Assembly (NCBI GenBank): GCA_016209085.1
Contig: JACQWV010000061.1
Span: forward strand, 21,710 to 85,709
Length of the DNA stretch: 64,000 nt
From: Elusimicrobiota bacterium
GTDB taxonomy: Bacteria > Elusimicrobiota > Elusimicrobia > Elusimicrobiales > UBA9959
Direction of reading: 5' to 3'
The notes under the pieces were generated by a model. That model did not search any database, was not told where the DNA came from, and saw only the letters and a list, made by a program, of their open reading frames with translations. This document shows, one piece after another, positions 38,150 to 47,117 of this stretch (its first letter is position 1; each line of letters starts with the position of its first letter). The position numbers and the translations under genes were made by a program.

Positions 38150-38242
38150 GTTAAAGAAGTGATTAAGAGATTGAGTGATTGAGAGATTAAGTGATTTAGC
38201 TTTTAAACTTAATTACTTAATCACTATTTGCTTAATCACAAA
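38150..38242. terminator. long imperfect hairpin built from GATTAAG/GATTGAG words between convergent genes
   Basis: GTGATTAAGAGATTGAGTGATTGAGAGATTAAGTGATTTAGC ... CTTAATTACTTAATCACTATTTGCTTAATCAC. The two arms are approximate reverse complements. Confidence 0.5.
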
Positions 38243-39583
38243 TTATATGTTGCCTTTCAATAAAATGGTCTGGGATTCGGCGGCCAGACGGCACTGGAGA
38301 GAATAGCCTTTCGTTTTTATAAGTGTCTGCGCCGCGGCAAGCATGGCGTCAAGAGCCTGGTCGGTATATTCGGAATTCAGGTGAAATAAAATCAATTCTT
38401 TTGCCTGCGCCTTTTCAGCCGCAAATTCCACCACGTTCGCCAATCCCGAATGCCCCTGCTTTTTGTTTGTCTCGTAATCCTTGTCGTCATAATTTGAGTC
38501 GTGGATGAATATGTCGGCGTTTGCCGCAAATTTTCCGAATTTCTCGTCATAGTCCTGAAGAGCCGTCGCTTCTCCCCATATTTCGCTGTCCGGGGAATAA
38601 ACTATCTTTTTGCCAGATATCTCAAGAGAATATATAAGGGTGCTGGTGGGGTGATTGGCGTACATCGTGGCAATCTTGACGCCGGGCATGATCTCATAAT
38701 TGTCTTCCAGAACTTCATATAAATCTATCTTTGCGTGCGGAGGGCTTTTTGTAAAAGCGTAAGAGCTGTAAAACAGGGACTGCGCCGTTTCTCTCAGGGT
38801 TCTTTCAGGGTCGTTCGCTCCGACTATGTGTATTGCAAAATTCGGGTCGTGTATGGGAGCGAAGTTCCCGAAGCCGAGGATGTGGTCAAGATGAAAATGA
38901 GACAGGAAAACCCATATTTCCTTGTAGTATTTTTTTCTCGTTGCTATGTCTTTGCCCAGAGAAAGCATTCCGGTGCCAGCGTCAAATACGAAAATGTTTT
39001 CTCTGGTTTCAACGGAAACGCATGAGGTCTGCCTGCCGTATTTTGAAACGGCATTGGGGATTGCCGAAGGGAGTCCCCTTGCCCCCCAGATTGTAAGGCG
39101 AATCTGCCCCGGATCCAGGTCGCTTGCCTGCAGTTTGTCGTCCTCCTGTTCAATGACAAGGCCGCCTTTTATCGGAGCCGAGGGAGGGGGGGACGGAGCG
39201 GCGGAAGTTTCTTCCAGTATGTTTTTTACCGTTTTTGAAAATGTTTCAACGTTATACGGCTTCTGGAGAAAGAAATCGGCGCCGAACTGGAAAGCGCGCT
39301 GTTTTTCAACCTGATAGGATTTTCCCGAGACTATTATCACTTTGATGGCTTTGAGTTCCGGATCCGATTTGATCGTCTTGCATATATCCATTCCGGTGAT
39401 GCCGGGCATCATTATGTCGCTTATGACCAGACGCGGTTTTTGGGTTCTGACAATGTCAATTGCATTTATTGAATCCTGTATGAGAATGACTTTGTATCCT
39501 TCGTCCGTCAGAAGGTCCCTTGATAATTCGCCTACCATCGGATCGTCGTCTATTATTATGATGTCAGGATTGCCGTTTGTCAT
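38243..39583 (-). CDS. response-regulator receiver domain fused to an MBL-fold metallo-hydrolase
   Basis: REC domain (IIIIDDDPMV...VISDIMMPGITG...VSGK) followed by the HxHxDH motif (SHFHLDHILG). Confidence 0.7.
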   Translation of the reverse strand: MTNGNPDIIIIDDDPMVGELSRDLLTDEGYKVILIQDSINAIDIVRTQKPRLVISDIMMPGITGMDICKTIKSDPELKAIKVIIVSGKSYQVEKQRAFQFGADFFLQKPYNVETFSKTVKNILEETSAAPSPPPSAPIKGGLVIEQEDDKLQASDLDPGQIRLTIWGARGLPSAIPNAVSKYGRQTSCVSVETRENIFVFDAGTGMLSLGKDIATRKKYYKEIWVFLSHFHLDHILGFGNFAPIHDPNFAIHIVGANDPERTLRETAQSLFYSSYAFTKSPPHAKIDLYEVLEDNYEIMPGVKIATMYANHPTSTLIYSLEISGKKIVYSPDSEIWGEATALQDYDEKFGKFAANADIFIHDSNYDDKDYETNKKQGHSGLANVVEFAAEKAQAKELILFHLNSEYTDQALDAMLAAAQTLIKTKGYSLQCRLAAESQTILLKGNI

Positions 39584-39685
39584 AGATGTTCAAAAATGCT
39601 GTTTAAATCGGCATTTTTTTGCGATAATATTACATACATTATATATTTTTTTAAATTAAGAAATTGTTACAGAATTGAAAACTCA

Positions 39686-40192
39686 ATGAGAATAATAGCA
39701 GGAGAAAAGAAAGGCAGAATAATATTTTCTGTCCCGAAATCCATGTTCGTAAAACCCATTTCATCCAGAATCAGGCAGTCTCTTTTTGATATACTCCGGC
39801 CCCGCGTGCCGGGTTCTATTTTTCTTGATCTTTATGCCGGAGTGGGAACCGTAGGCCTTGAGGCTCTTTCCAGAGGCAGCCGCAACGCCGTTTTCGTTGA
39901 AAAAGAAGGGATATGCGTCAAAATCATAGAGAAGAATATAAAACATCTTGATTTTTCTTCAAAGGCCAGGGTTCTAAAAGCAGACGTCATGAGCGGGCTT
40001 GAATGGCTCAAACATTTCAGCATGTATGAGGGCTATGACATCATTTTTCTCGGCCCGCCCTACAGAGACGAGAACAACATTCCCCTTGAATACGGTTCCA
40101 AAACTCTTGAATTAATCAGCGTGTCAGACCTGTTTGCCCCGGACGGGATAGCGGTGCTTCAGCAACGGGGACACCATCCTGAGTTTTTTTAA
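39686..40192 (+). CDS. rsmD: 16S rRNA (guanine966-N2)-methyltransferase RsmD-like
   Basis: Start moved to MRIIAGEKKGR. DLYAGVGTVGLEALSRG (SAM motif) and FLGPPY (DPPY-type motif) are present. Confidence 0.75.
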   Translation: MRIIAGEKKGRIIFSVPKSMFVKPISSRIRQSLFDILRPRVPGSIFLDLYAGVGTVGLEALSRGSRNAVFVEKEGICVKIIEKNIKHLDFSSKARVLKADVMSGLEWLKHFSMYEGYDIIFLGPPYRDENNIPLEYGSKTLELISVSDLFAPDGIAVLQQRGHHPEFF

Positions 40193-40194
40193 AT

Positions 40195-40914
40195 ATGCCG
40201 GCATTTGATCCTTTGGAGCTGAATTATTCAAAAATAAAGGCTTATCTGAATTGTCCTTTTCTTTACAGATATGCGTATGTGGAAGGCAAATACGCTCCTC
40301 ATAACCCCCAGTCTTCGCTTGGCGTATCCGTGCACCGCGCTATTGAAGAATATTCCAAGAGAGGAGGGGATTTAAACGATTTGTTCGTGTATTATGAAAC
40401 CGGCTGGCTGAACCAGGGATATCCCTCGCCCCGGGAAAGCATGGAATTTTACAGGAAAGGCAGCGAGATTCTTGAAAACTACTGGCTCGGGGAGCAAGGG
40501 AGAGATTCGGAGATAATACTGGTTGAGAGGGATTTTGAATTTTCTTTTGAAAAATGGAAAGTCAAAGGCACCATGGACCGGGTTGACAGACTGAAAGACG
40601 GTTCTCACGAGCTTATTGATTATAAAATGGGTTTTGAAGATAGAAACGATCATGACATCTCAGGAAGCCTTCAACTGGGAATTTATGCCATAGGCCTTAA
40701 GAGAGCTTTCAACATAGAAGTTAAAAAACTGACCTACTGGCTGCTTTTAAAATCGGAAAAGATATCGTGTCTTTACAATCCCGGAAACGAGGAAAAAATT
40801 TTTTCCGTTCTCAGAGATACGGGAGAAAAAATTCTGAGAGAAGATTATTCAAAAAAAGGGAATTGCAGCGCCTGCCAGATAAAAAAGCGCTGTCCGGACA
40901 AAACAGCAAGTTGA
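40195..40914 (+). CDS. PD-(D/E)XK nuclease, Cas4/AddB-like with 4-Cys cluster
   Basis: An N-terminal Cys (NCPFLYRY), D...ELIDYK, QLGIYA, and a C-terminal C-x2-C-x5-C (CSACQIKKRC). Confidence 0.65.
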   Translation: MPAFDPLELNYSKIKAYLNCPFLYRYAYVEGKYAPHNPQSSLGVSVHRAIEEYSKRGGDLNDLFVYYETGWLNQGYPSPRESMEFYRKGSEILENYWLGEQGRDSEIILVERDFEFSFEKWKVKGTMDRVDRLKDGSHELIDYKMGFEDRNDHDISGSLQLGIYAIGLKRAFNIEVKKLTYWLLLKSEKISCLYNPGNEEKIFSVLRDTGEKILREDYSKKGNCSACQIKKRCPDKTAS

Positions 40915-40993
40915 TAAGATGATAAGTTGATACGGTGATAAGTAAAAAATTTTTCACTTATAACCTTGTCACCTTATAAACTTGTCTCCTTAT
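40905..40993. terminator. GATAAG-word hairpin between convergent genes
   Basis: GTTGATAAGATGATAAGTTGATACGGTGATAAGT-AAAAAATTTTT-CACTTATAACCTTGTCACCTTATAAACTTGTCTCCTTAT. Confidence 0.5.
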
Positions 40994-42043
40994 TTATTCA
41001 GTTTTTGTTTGCTGTCTGTATATCTGCAGGAAAGTTATGACGCAGGAAACGAGAAGCGGACCAAGGAATATGCCGATCGGACCATAAGCCCTCATCCCCC
41101 CGAAAATTGCGAGAAAGAGCAGGAAGAAAGGCAGTTTTGCCTGTTTCCCTATCAGCATGGGTCTGACTATGTTGTCTATCAGGCTGACAATCAGCATTCC
41201 CCAGAGAAGAATGAATATCCCCCATTCGGTATTCTGAGTCATAAGAAGCACTATCCCGGTCGGCAGCCACACGAGCGTGGCGCCTCCGTAAGGAATGAGA
41301 GCGGCGAAAGCCGTAAGCATTCCCAGAAGAACCGGCGCCGGCAATCCGGCTATTACGTAGCCTATCGTGGCGGCGGCTCCCTGTATGAGAGCGGTCAGGA
41401 GAATTCCTCTTACCACAGCTATGGTCGTTATGTAGAGCTGATTGGCGATTTTATATTTGTATTCATAATCCATCGGAATCATGTCAATCAGCCACCTGAG
41501 AAGTTTTTCTCCGCTTCTGAAAAACAAAAAAAGAGTAAAAACGACTGCCACCAGGTCTATCACAAAAAATATGATGTTTTTAACGATTTTCCCGCCTGAT
41601 TTTATGATTCCTTCCTGAATCGTCTTGAGATTTTTGAGAATCAAATCCCCAGTGTTTATGTCCAGACTGTTTTTCAGTTTTGAAAGCACGGGAATATCCG
41701 CGTCAAACTGTTCAAAATTTGCCAGCCAATCATGGGTTCTCGGGTATATCCGGAGAGATTCCCTGAACAAAAGCCAGCCGAACAAGAGAATCGGCAGAAT
41801 TACTGTCAGAATAACCACTGACGTCGTCAATATGGAGGAGGCCGTCCTGCCTGCGACCCGTTTTTTAACTGCCATGTGCAGAGGATAAAAAACAATCGTC
41901 AGGGTCGTTGATACGAGAATCGCGCCCGTGAAAGGAGACAGTATTTTAAGAAGCTGATACAGGAGAAATATCAGGATTCCGAAGAAGAAAAATTTAAAAA
42001 CCTGGGCCTTGTCGAATTTTAAGAATTTCTGGTTTTGTTCCAT
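40994..42043 (-). CDS. AI-2E family transporter (PerM/UPF0118)
   Basis: Start moved to MEQNQKFLKF. A polytopic protein with the LIPYGGATLVWLP region typical of the family. Confidence 0.8.
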   Translation of the reverse strand: MEQNQKFLKFDKAQVFKFFFFGILIFLLYQLLKILSPFTGAILVSTTLTIVFYPLHMAVKKRVAGRTASSILTTSVVILTVILPILLFGWLLFRESLRIYPRTHDWLANFEQFDADIPVLSKLKNSLDINTGDLILKNLKTIQEGIIKSGGKIVKNIIFFVIDLVAVVFTLFLFFRSGEKLLRWLIDMIPMDYEYKYKIANQLYITTIAVVRGILLTALIQGAAATIGYVIAGLPAPVLLGMLTAFAALIPYGGATLVWLPTGIVLLMTQNTEWGIFILLWGMLIVSLIDNIVRPMLIGKQAKLPFFLLFLAIFGGMRAYGPIGIFLGPLLVSCVITFLQIYRQQTKTE

Positions 42044-42242
42044 AGAGTTATTATATAAATTTGGTAAAATTATAAATACCTTATAAGAGGGGTTCAGCGA
42101 GCGTGACGCCGTAAGGCTCAAAGCGAGCGACGAAGAAATGGGGGGATTATCCCCCCTTGTAGAGCACCCCGCCGATAACCTTAAGAGGCGGGGCGGGTAA
42201 TCCGCCCGAGCACGAATGTGCGAGGGTGCGACAGGAGATACG

Positions 42243-42812
42243 ATGAAGTACCTTCTTAATGTAAAGAATTTAAACTCTGAATTCGTCCGCGAGATACAGG
42301 CTGAAAGTAAAACCAGGATTCTGCACTGCTACCAGTGCGGCAAATGCTCGGCCGGGTGTCCCATCGCCAATGAAATGGAGTATAAACCCAATCAGATAAT
42401 CAGAATGATTCAGCTTGGAATGGAGGAATCCGTTCTTAAGGCAAATACGATGTGGCTATGCGCCTCCTGCATTACCTGCACGGTCAGGTGCCCCCGCGAA
42501 ATAGACATAGCCGAGATAATGGACGTGCTCAGAAGATACGCGTTTAAAAGAGGAATATTTCCAGCTGCAGTGGCCGACATTCCTGTTTTCAACAGGATAT
42601 TTCTGCGCAACATCAAACTTTTCGGCAGGCTTTACGAACTGGGATTGATAGGTTTTTTTAATCTTTTGACAGGCAATCCTTTCAAGGACGTTTTGCTCGG
42701 GCCTAAAATGTTTTTCAAAGGCAAAATAAACCTTATTCCGGAAAGGATAAAGAACGCTTCCGAGATAAAAGACATTTTTAAACGCTCCGCCGAAATTGAA
42801 CATAGTGATTAA
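42243..42812 (+). CDS. hdrC: heterodisulfide reductase subunit C-like
   Basis: CYQCGKCSAGCP and CASCITCTVRCP ferredoxin-like motifs. Located upstream of hdrB and hdrA. Confidence 0.8.
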   Translation: MKYLLNVKNLNSEFVREIQAESKTRILHCYQCGKCSAGCPIANEMEYKPNQIIRMIQLGMEESVLKANTMWLCASCITCTVRCPREIDIAEIMDVLRRYAFKRGIFPAAVADIPVFNRIFLRNIKLFGRLYELGLIGFFNLLTGNPFKDVLLGPKMFFKGKINLIPERIKNASEIKDIFKRSAEIEHSD

Positions 42813-42935
42813 GTCATTGCGTGATTAAGAGATTAAGCATGAGTGAAAGGTCTAACAGTCTGCTAATAAACTGCATATGAGTAAATCACTGAATCACTTA
42901 CTCACTAAATCACTTATTCATTTAATCACTTATTT
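42804..42935. repeat. GATTAAG/AATCAC word-stutter inverted repeat between hdrC and hdrB
   Basis: The 5' arm is AGTGATTAAGTCATTGCGTGATTAAGAGATTAAGCATGAGTG. The 3' arm is GAGTAAATCACTGAATCACTTACTCACTAAATCACTTATTCATTTAATCACTT. Confidence 0.6.
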
Positions 42936-43811
42936 ATGAAATACGCTTATTATCCCGGCTGTTCCCTTCATTCAACTTCAAGAGAATACGATATGTCCGC
43001 AAAAGAAGTCTCTACCCGGCTCGGCATAGAATTGATTGAAGCGCCTGACTGGGTTTGCTGCGGTGCCACTCCCGCTCACGTCACGATGCACGTACTCTCC
43101 CAGGCCCTGCCTGTCAAAAGCCTGATTAACGCGAAACAGACCGGAGCCGATACCATGGCCGTATGCTGCGCAGCCTGCTTCAGCAGGCTGAAAATAGCGA
43201 ATTACCACGTGCTCAACGACCCAGGGAAGAAAGCAAAAATCAACAGGGCTGTCGGCGCCGAATACAACGGAGAGGTTGCGGTAAAACATCTGCTTGAAAT
43301 CCTTGCAAAAGATTTCGGACTGGAAAATCTGAAGGGGAAAATGACGGCAAAACTTGACGGCTTGAAGGTTGCCTGCTATTACGGCTGCCTTCTGGTCAGA
43401 CCCCGCAAGATAATGCAGTTTGACGATGAAGAAAATCCCACGATAATGGATGCGGTGGTGGAAACCACGGGAGCCAAAACGGTTGACTGGCCTGGCAAGG
43501 TTGAATGCTGCGGGGCAAGTTTCTCTATTACCAAAACCGGGGTCGTCCTGCGGCTGTGCAGGGACATACTTCAGCTTGCATCTGACGCGGGAGCCGAGTG
43601 CATTGCGGTTGCGTGCCCCCTGTGCCAGTCAAATCTTGATTTGCGCCAGCCTGAAGTCAATAAAAAATACGATAAAAAATTTGATATGCCTGTCCTTTAT
43701 TTTACCCAGATTCTCGGTCTGGCCATGGGCATTGATTGGAAAAAATTAGGTCTGGACAAACACATAGTCAGTCCGCTGAAGTTTTTAAAAGGCAAAAATA
43801 TCATCAAATGA
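42936..43811 (+). CDS. hdrB: heterodisulfide reductase subunit B-like (two CCG domains)
   Basis: YYPGCSL and WVCCG motifs, with a second CCG motif ECCGASF. Confidence 0.85.
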   Translation: MKYAYYPGCSLHSTSREYDMSAKEVSTRLGIELIEAPDWVCCGATPAHVTMHVLSQALPVKSLINAKQTGADTMAVCCAACFSRLKIANYHVLNDPGKKAKINRAVGAEYNGEVAVKHLLEILAKDFGLENLKGKMTAKLDGLKVACYYGCLLVRPRKIMQFDDEENPTIMDAVVETTGAKTVDWPGKVECCGASFSITKTGVVLRLCRDILQLASDAGAECIAVACPLCQSNLDLRQPEVNKKYDKKFDMPVLYFTQILGLAMGIDWKKLGLDKHIVSPLKFLKGKNIIK

Positions 43812-45784
43812 AAATCGGCGTTTTCGTATGCCATTGCGGAACCAACATAAGCGCGGTCATTGACGTGCAGAAAGTCGTCAATGACCTTGCAAAGATGCCC
43901 GGCGTTTTTGCAATGGACTATAAATTCATGTGTTCTGACCCGGGCCAGAACATGATTATTTCCGAGATTAAACAAAAAAAGCTTGATGCCGTCATTGTGG
44001 CGGCGTGTTCTCCCTGCCTGCATGAGCTTACTTTCAGGAACACGCTGATAAGGGGGGGGCTGAATCCCTACATGCTTGAAATAGCCAACATAAGGGAGCA
44101 GGATTCATGGGTTCATACTGACAGGGATAAAGCAACTGAAAAGGCAGTCAGACTGGCCAAGATGGCTGTTGCAAAAGCAAAGCGCAACCAGCCGCTGTTC
44201 CCGCAGGAAGTAAGCGTTGAAAAGAGCTGTCTTGTCATAGGAGGCGGAATAGCCGGCATACAGGCCGCGATAGACATATCATCGGCCGGTTATCAGACCG
44301 TTATTGTTGAAAAAGAGCCTTCAATCGGCGGCAAGATGGCGATGTTTGACAAGACTTTTCCGACCCTTGACTGCTCAGCCTGCATACTTACGCCTAAAAT
44401 GGTGCAGGCAAGCCAGTCCAAAAAAGTGAAAATTTATACTTATTCCGAAGTTGAGGAAATAGGGGGGTACGTGGGGAATTTCAATGCCAGAATACGCGTA
44501 AAAGCCAGGTCCGTGAACATGGAAAAATGCACCGGTTGCGGAATCTGCTGGCAGAAATGCCCGGTCAAAGTAAATTCAGAATTTGAGCAGAACCTGGGCC
44601 CGAGAAAAGCAGTGTACGTCCCGTTTGCCCAGGCAGTCCCCAACGTGCCAGTGATTGACTGCGTCAACTGCACTTATTACAGAAGCAAAAGACAGAATCC
44701 GGAAAGCAAGGGTTTGTGCAGAATCTGCGAAAAATTCTGTCCTGCCGGAGCCATTGAATTTGACCAGAAGGATAAAATAATTGAAGAAAAATTCGGCGCC
44801 GTGATAGTGGCGACCGGGTTTTCCGCGTTTGACCACAAGGTTTACGGAGAATACGGGGCAGGCAGATACAAGGACGTGGTTACGGCTCTGCAGTTTGAGC
44901 GCCTGTTGAATTCAAGCGGCCCGACTCAGGGCAAAATTTTAAGGCCGTCAGATTCAAAAGAAGCCAGAACGATAGTATTCGTGCAGTGCGTCGGTTCCAG
45001 GGACGAGTCAAAAGGAGTCCCGTATTGTTCAAGAGTCTGCTGCATGTACACTGCAAAGCAGGCGCTTCTTTTAAAGGAGCACATTCCTGACGCAAATGCC
45101 TATGTTTTTTACATAGACATACGGGCGGCTGGCAAAAACTATGAGGAGTTCATAGAGCGGGTTCAGGATGAATACGGCGTTTTGTACCTGCGCGGAAGGG
45201 TTTCAAAAATTTACAGGACCGGCGACGGCGCTTTGCTTGTGCGGGGAGCGGATACATTGAGCGGCACGCAGGTTGAAATTTCAGCGGACATGGTTGTTCT
45301 GGCCACAGGGCTCGTTTCTAATCCCGAGACCGTAAAATTAGGCCAGATGATAGGAATTCCTTACGATAAAAACAGGTTTTTTACCGAATCCCATCCGAAG
45401 CTGGCGCCTGCAGAAACCCAGACAGCGGGAGTGTTCATCTGCGGCGCATGCCAGTTTCCGAAGGACATTCCTGACAGCGTTGCCCAGGCCGGAGCGGCTG
45501 CTTCAAAAGTCCTGGGGCTTTTTTCACAGGAACATCTCATGCTGGAACCGGTTCTGGCGTGCGTGAACCAGAAAATCTGCAACGGCTGTTTCCACTGCAG
45601 GGCGGTCTGTCCTTATAATGCGATAGATGAGGAAATTCTGAAAGACAAGTCTGTGGTCGCCCGTGTGATTGAAAGCAAATGCCACGGCTGCGGGAACTGC
45701 ATAAGCGCGTGCCCGGTTTCGGCTGTTGATTTGAAGGGTTATACTAACGAACAGATTCTGGAGCAGTTACAGAGTTTAAGGTAG
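43808..45784 (+). CDS. hdrA: heterodisulfide reductase subunit A-like flavoprotein
   Basis: Start moved to MKIGVFVCHCGTNIS (ATGA overlap with hdrB). GGGIAGIQAA is the FAD motif, and several CxxCxxCxxxCP clusters are present. Confidence 0.9.
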   Translation: MKIGVFVCHCGTNISAVIDVQKVVNDLAKMPGVFAMDYKFMCSDPGQNMIISEIKQKKLDAVIVAACSPCLHELTFRNTLIRGGLNPYMLEIANIREQDSWVHTDRDKATEKAVRLAKMAVAKAKRNQPLFPQEVSVEKSCLVIGGGIAGIQAAIDISSAGYQTVIVEKEPSIGGKMAMFDKTFPTLDCSACILTPKMVQASQSKKVKIYTYSEVEEIGGYVGNFNARIRVKARSVNMEKCTGCGICWQKCPVKVNSEFEQNLGPRKAVYVPFAQAVPNVPVIDCVNCTYYRSKRQNPESKGLCRICEKFCPAGAIEFDQKDKIIEEKFGAVIVATGFSAFDHKVYGEYGAGRYKDVVTALQFERLLNSSGPTQGKILRPSDSKEARTIVFVQCVGSRDESKGVPYCSRVCCMYTAKQALLLKEHIPDANAYVFYIDIRAAGKNYEEFIERVQDEYGVLYLRGRVSKIYRTGDGALLVRGADTLSGTQVEISADMVVLATGLVSNPETVKLGQMIGIPYDKNRFFTESHPKLAPAETQTAGVFICGACQFPKDIPDSVAQAGAAASKVLGLFSQEHLMLEPVLACVNQKICNGCFHCRAVCPYNAIDEEILKDKSVVARVIESKCHGCGNCISACPVSAVDLKGYTNEQILEQLQSLR

Positions 45785-45834
45785 CGGCGGGTGTAAACCC
45801 GCAAGGTAGGCAAATGTAAATTCGCACTAAATTT

Positions 45835-46263
45835 ATGGAAGAGAAAAAAGAAAAAAACGGATTTGAGCCGCGTCTTGTCGGGATTTTGTGCAGATGGTGC
45901 TCTTATCAGGGAGCGGACCTTGCAGGCACAAGCAGGCTGAAATACGAACCCAATATGACGGTTCTGCGGGTGCCCTGTTCCGCGCGCATGAGCCCTTTGT
46001 TTCTGATGAAGGGTTTGACCAGCGACATTGACGGGATATTGTTTTCAGGGTGCCATCCCGGGGACTGCCATTACATATCCGGCAACATGAACGCAAGGCG
46101 GAGGTTCGTTATATTCAAAAAGCTACTTGAATTTGCAGGCATGGAGCCGGAGAGAATTCAGATGTCATGGTGCTCGGCCAGCGAAGACAAAAAATGGGCG
46201 GATATAGTTGATTCGGTGACAATAGAGGTGAAAAAAACAGGACCCAATAATAAATTTAAATGA
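45835..46263 (+). CDS. mvhD: MvhD/FlxD-like iron-sulfur protein
   Basis: ILCRWCSYQGADLAG...LRVPCSARM...GCHPGDCHY. Confidence 0.85.
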   Translation: MEEKKEKNGFEPRLVGILCRWCSYQGADLAGTSRLKYEPNMTVLRVPCSARMSPLFLMKGLTSDIDGILFSGCHPGDCHYISGNMNARRRFVIFKKLLEFAGMEPERIQMSWCSASEDKKWADIVDSVTIEVKKTGPNNKFK

Positions 46264-47117
46264 AAGAACTGATAGACAAAGCAAAAGAATTGCTGAAAGA
46301 AAAAAAGGTTGAAACAGTCATCGGCTACAGGGAAATCAGAGGCTGTGTCGTGCCTGCTTATGTTGACAGTCCCTGTGACGCTGACTGTCTTATTTTTGAC
46401 AAAAGATGCGTGTATAATCTTGCGAATTACCTGAAATGGTTTAAAAACAAAAACGTCGCCCTTGTTTTAAAAGGCTGCGACGCAAAGTCCATAAACGTAT
46501 GGCTCCAGGAATTCCAGATTAAGCGCGAGAACATTTTTATAATAGGAGTTGAATGTTACGGCGTTATGAATGAAAAATCCGCAGATGCCGGATTATCCGA
46601 TAAATGCGGGCATTGCGAGGCGCACGTTCCAAATATATACGATGCGGTTATAAAACATCAGGGGGATAAAAAAGAATCTGTTCAAGGAGAACCATTCAAA
46701 GACATTCAGGAATTTGAAAAACTGCCGCACGATGAAAGGTGGGATTTCTGGAAAAAGCAGTTTGAAAAATGCATAAAATGCTATGCGTGCAGGGAAATAT
46801 GTCCCATGTGCTATTGCAAAGAGTGCATAGTTGAACGCAACATCCCGCAGTGGATAATGTCTTCCCCGTCTGTAAAAGGAAATTTTGAATGGAACATGGT
46901 AAGGGCTTTTCACCTGGCCGGCAGGTGCGTTGAATGCGGGGAATGCGAAAGAGCGTGTCCCGTGAACATTCCGCTTATGAAATTAAATAAAAAGCTGATA
47001 AAAGAAATGAAAGAATTATTTGACTATTCAGCGGGACAGAAAGAGGACGTTAAGTCGGCTATTGACGATTTTTATCCAGAAAAAGACATAAAAATAGATG
47101 ATAAGATGATAAGATGA
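46260..47117 (+). CDS. 4Fe-4S dicluster protein, FlxC-like
   Basis: CIKCYACREICPMCYC and CVECGECERACP motifs. Its position in the cluster matches FlxC. Confidence 0.6.
   Translation: MKELIDKAKELLKEKKVETVIGYREIRGCVVPAYVDSPCDADCLIFDKRCVYNLANYLKWFKNKNVALVLKGCDAKSINVWLQEFQIKRENIFIIGVECYGVMNEKSADAGLSDKCGHCEAHVPNIYDAVIKHQGDKKESVQGEPFKDIQEFEKLPHDERWDFWKKQFEKCIKCYACREICPMCYCKECIVERNIPQWIMSSPSVKGNFEWNMVRAFHLAGRCVECGECERACPVNIPLMKLNKKLIKEMKELFDYSAGQKEDVKSAIDDFYPEKDIKIDDKMIR

Noticed and set aside
42044-42121. A 26-codon N-terminal extension of the PerM-like transporter (MSLTASRSLNPSYKVFIILPNLYNNS).
   Set aside because: It begins at a non-ATG codon just downstream of the GC-rich hairpins in the 42044..42242 spacer, and the added residues are not family-like. 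The ATG at 42043 gives a typical family N-terminus.
43808-46263. Possible selenocysteine (in-frame TGA) in HdrA or MvhD, as seen in some Hdr/Mvh proteins.
   Set aside because: Both ORFs are uninterrupted with Cys at the expected cluster positions. No in-frame TGA needs to be read through.
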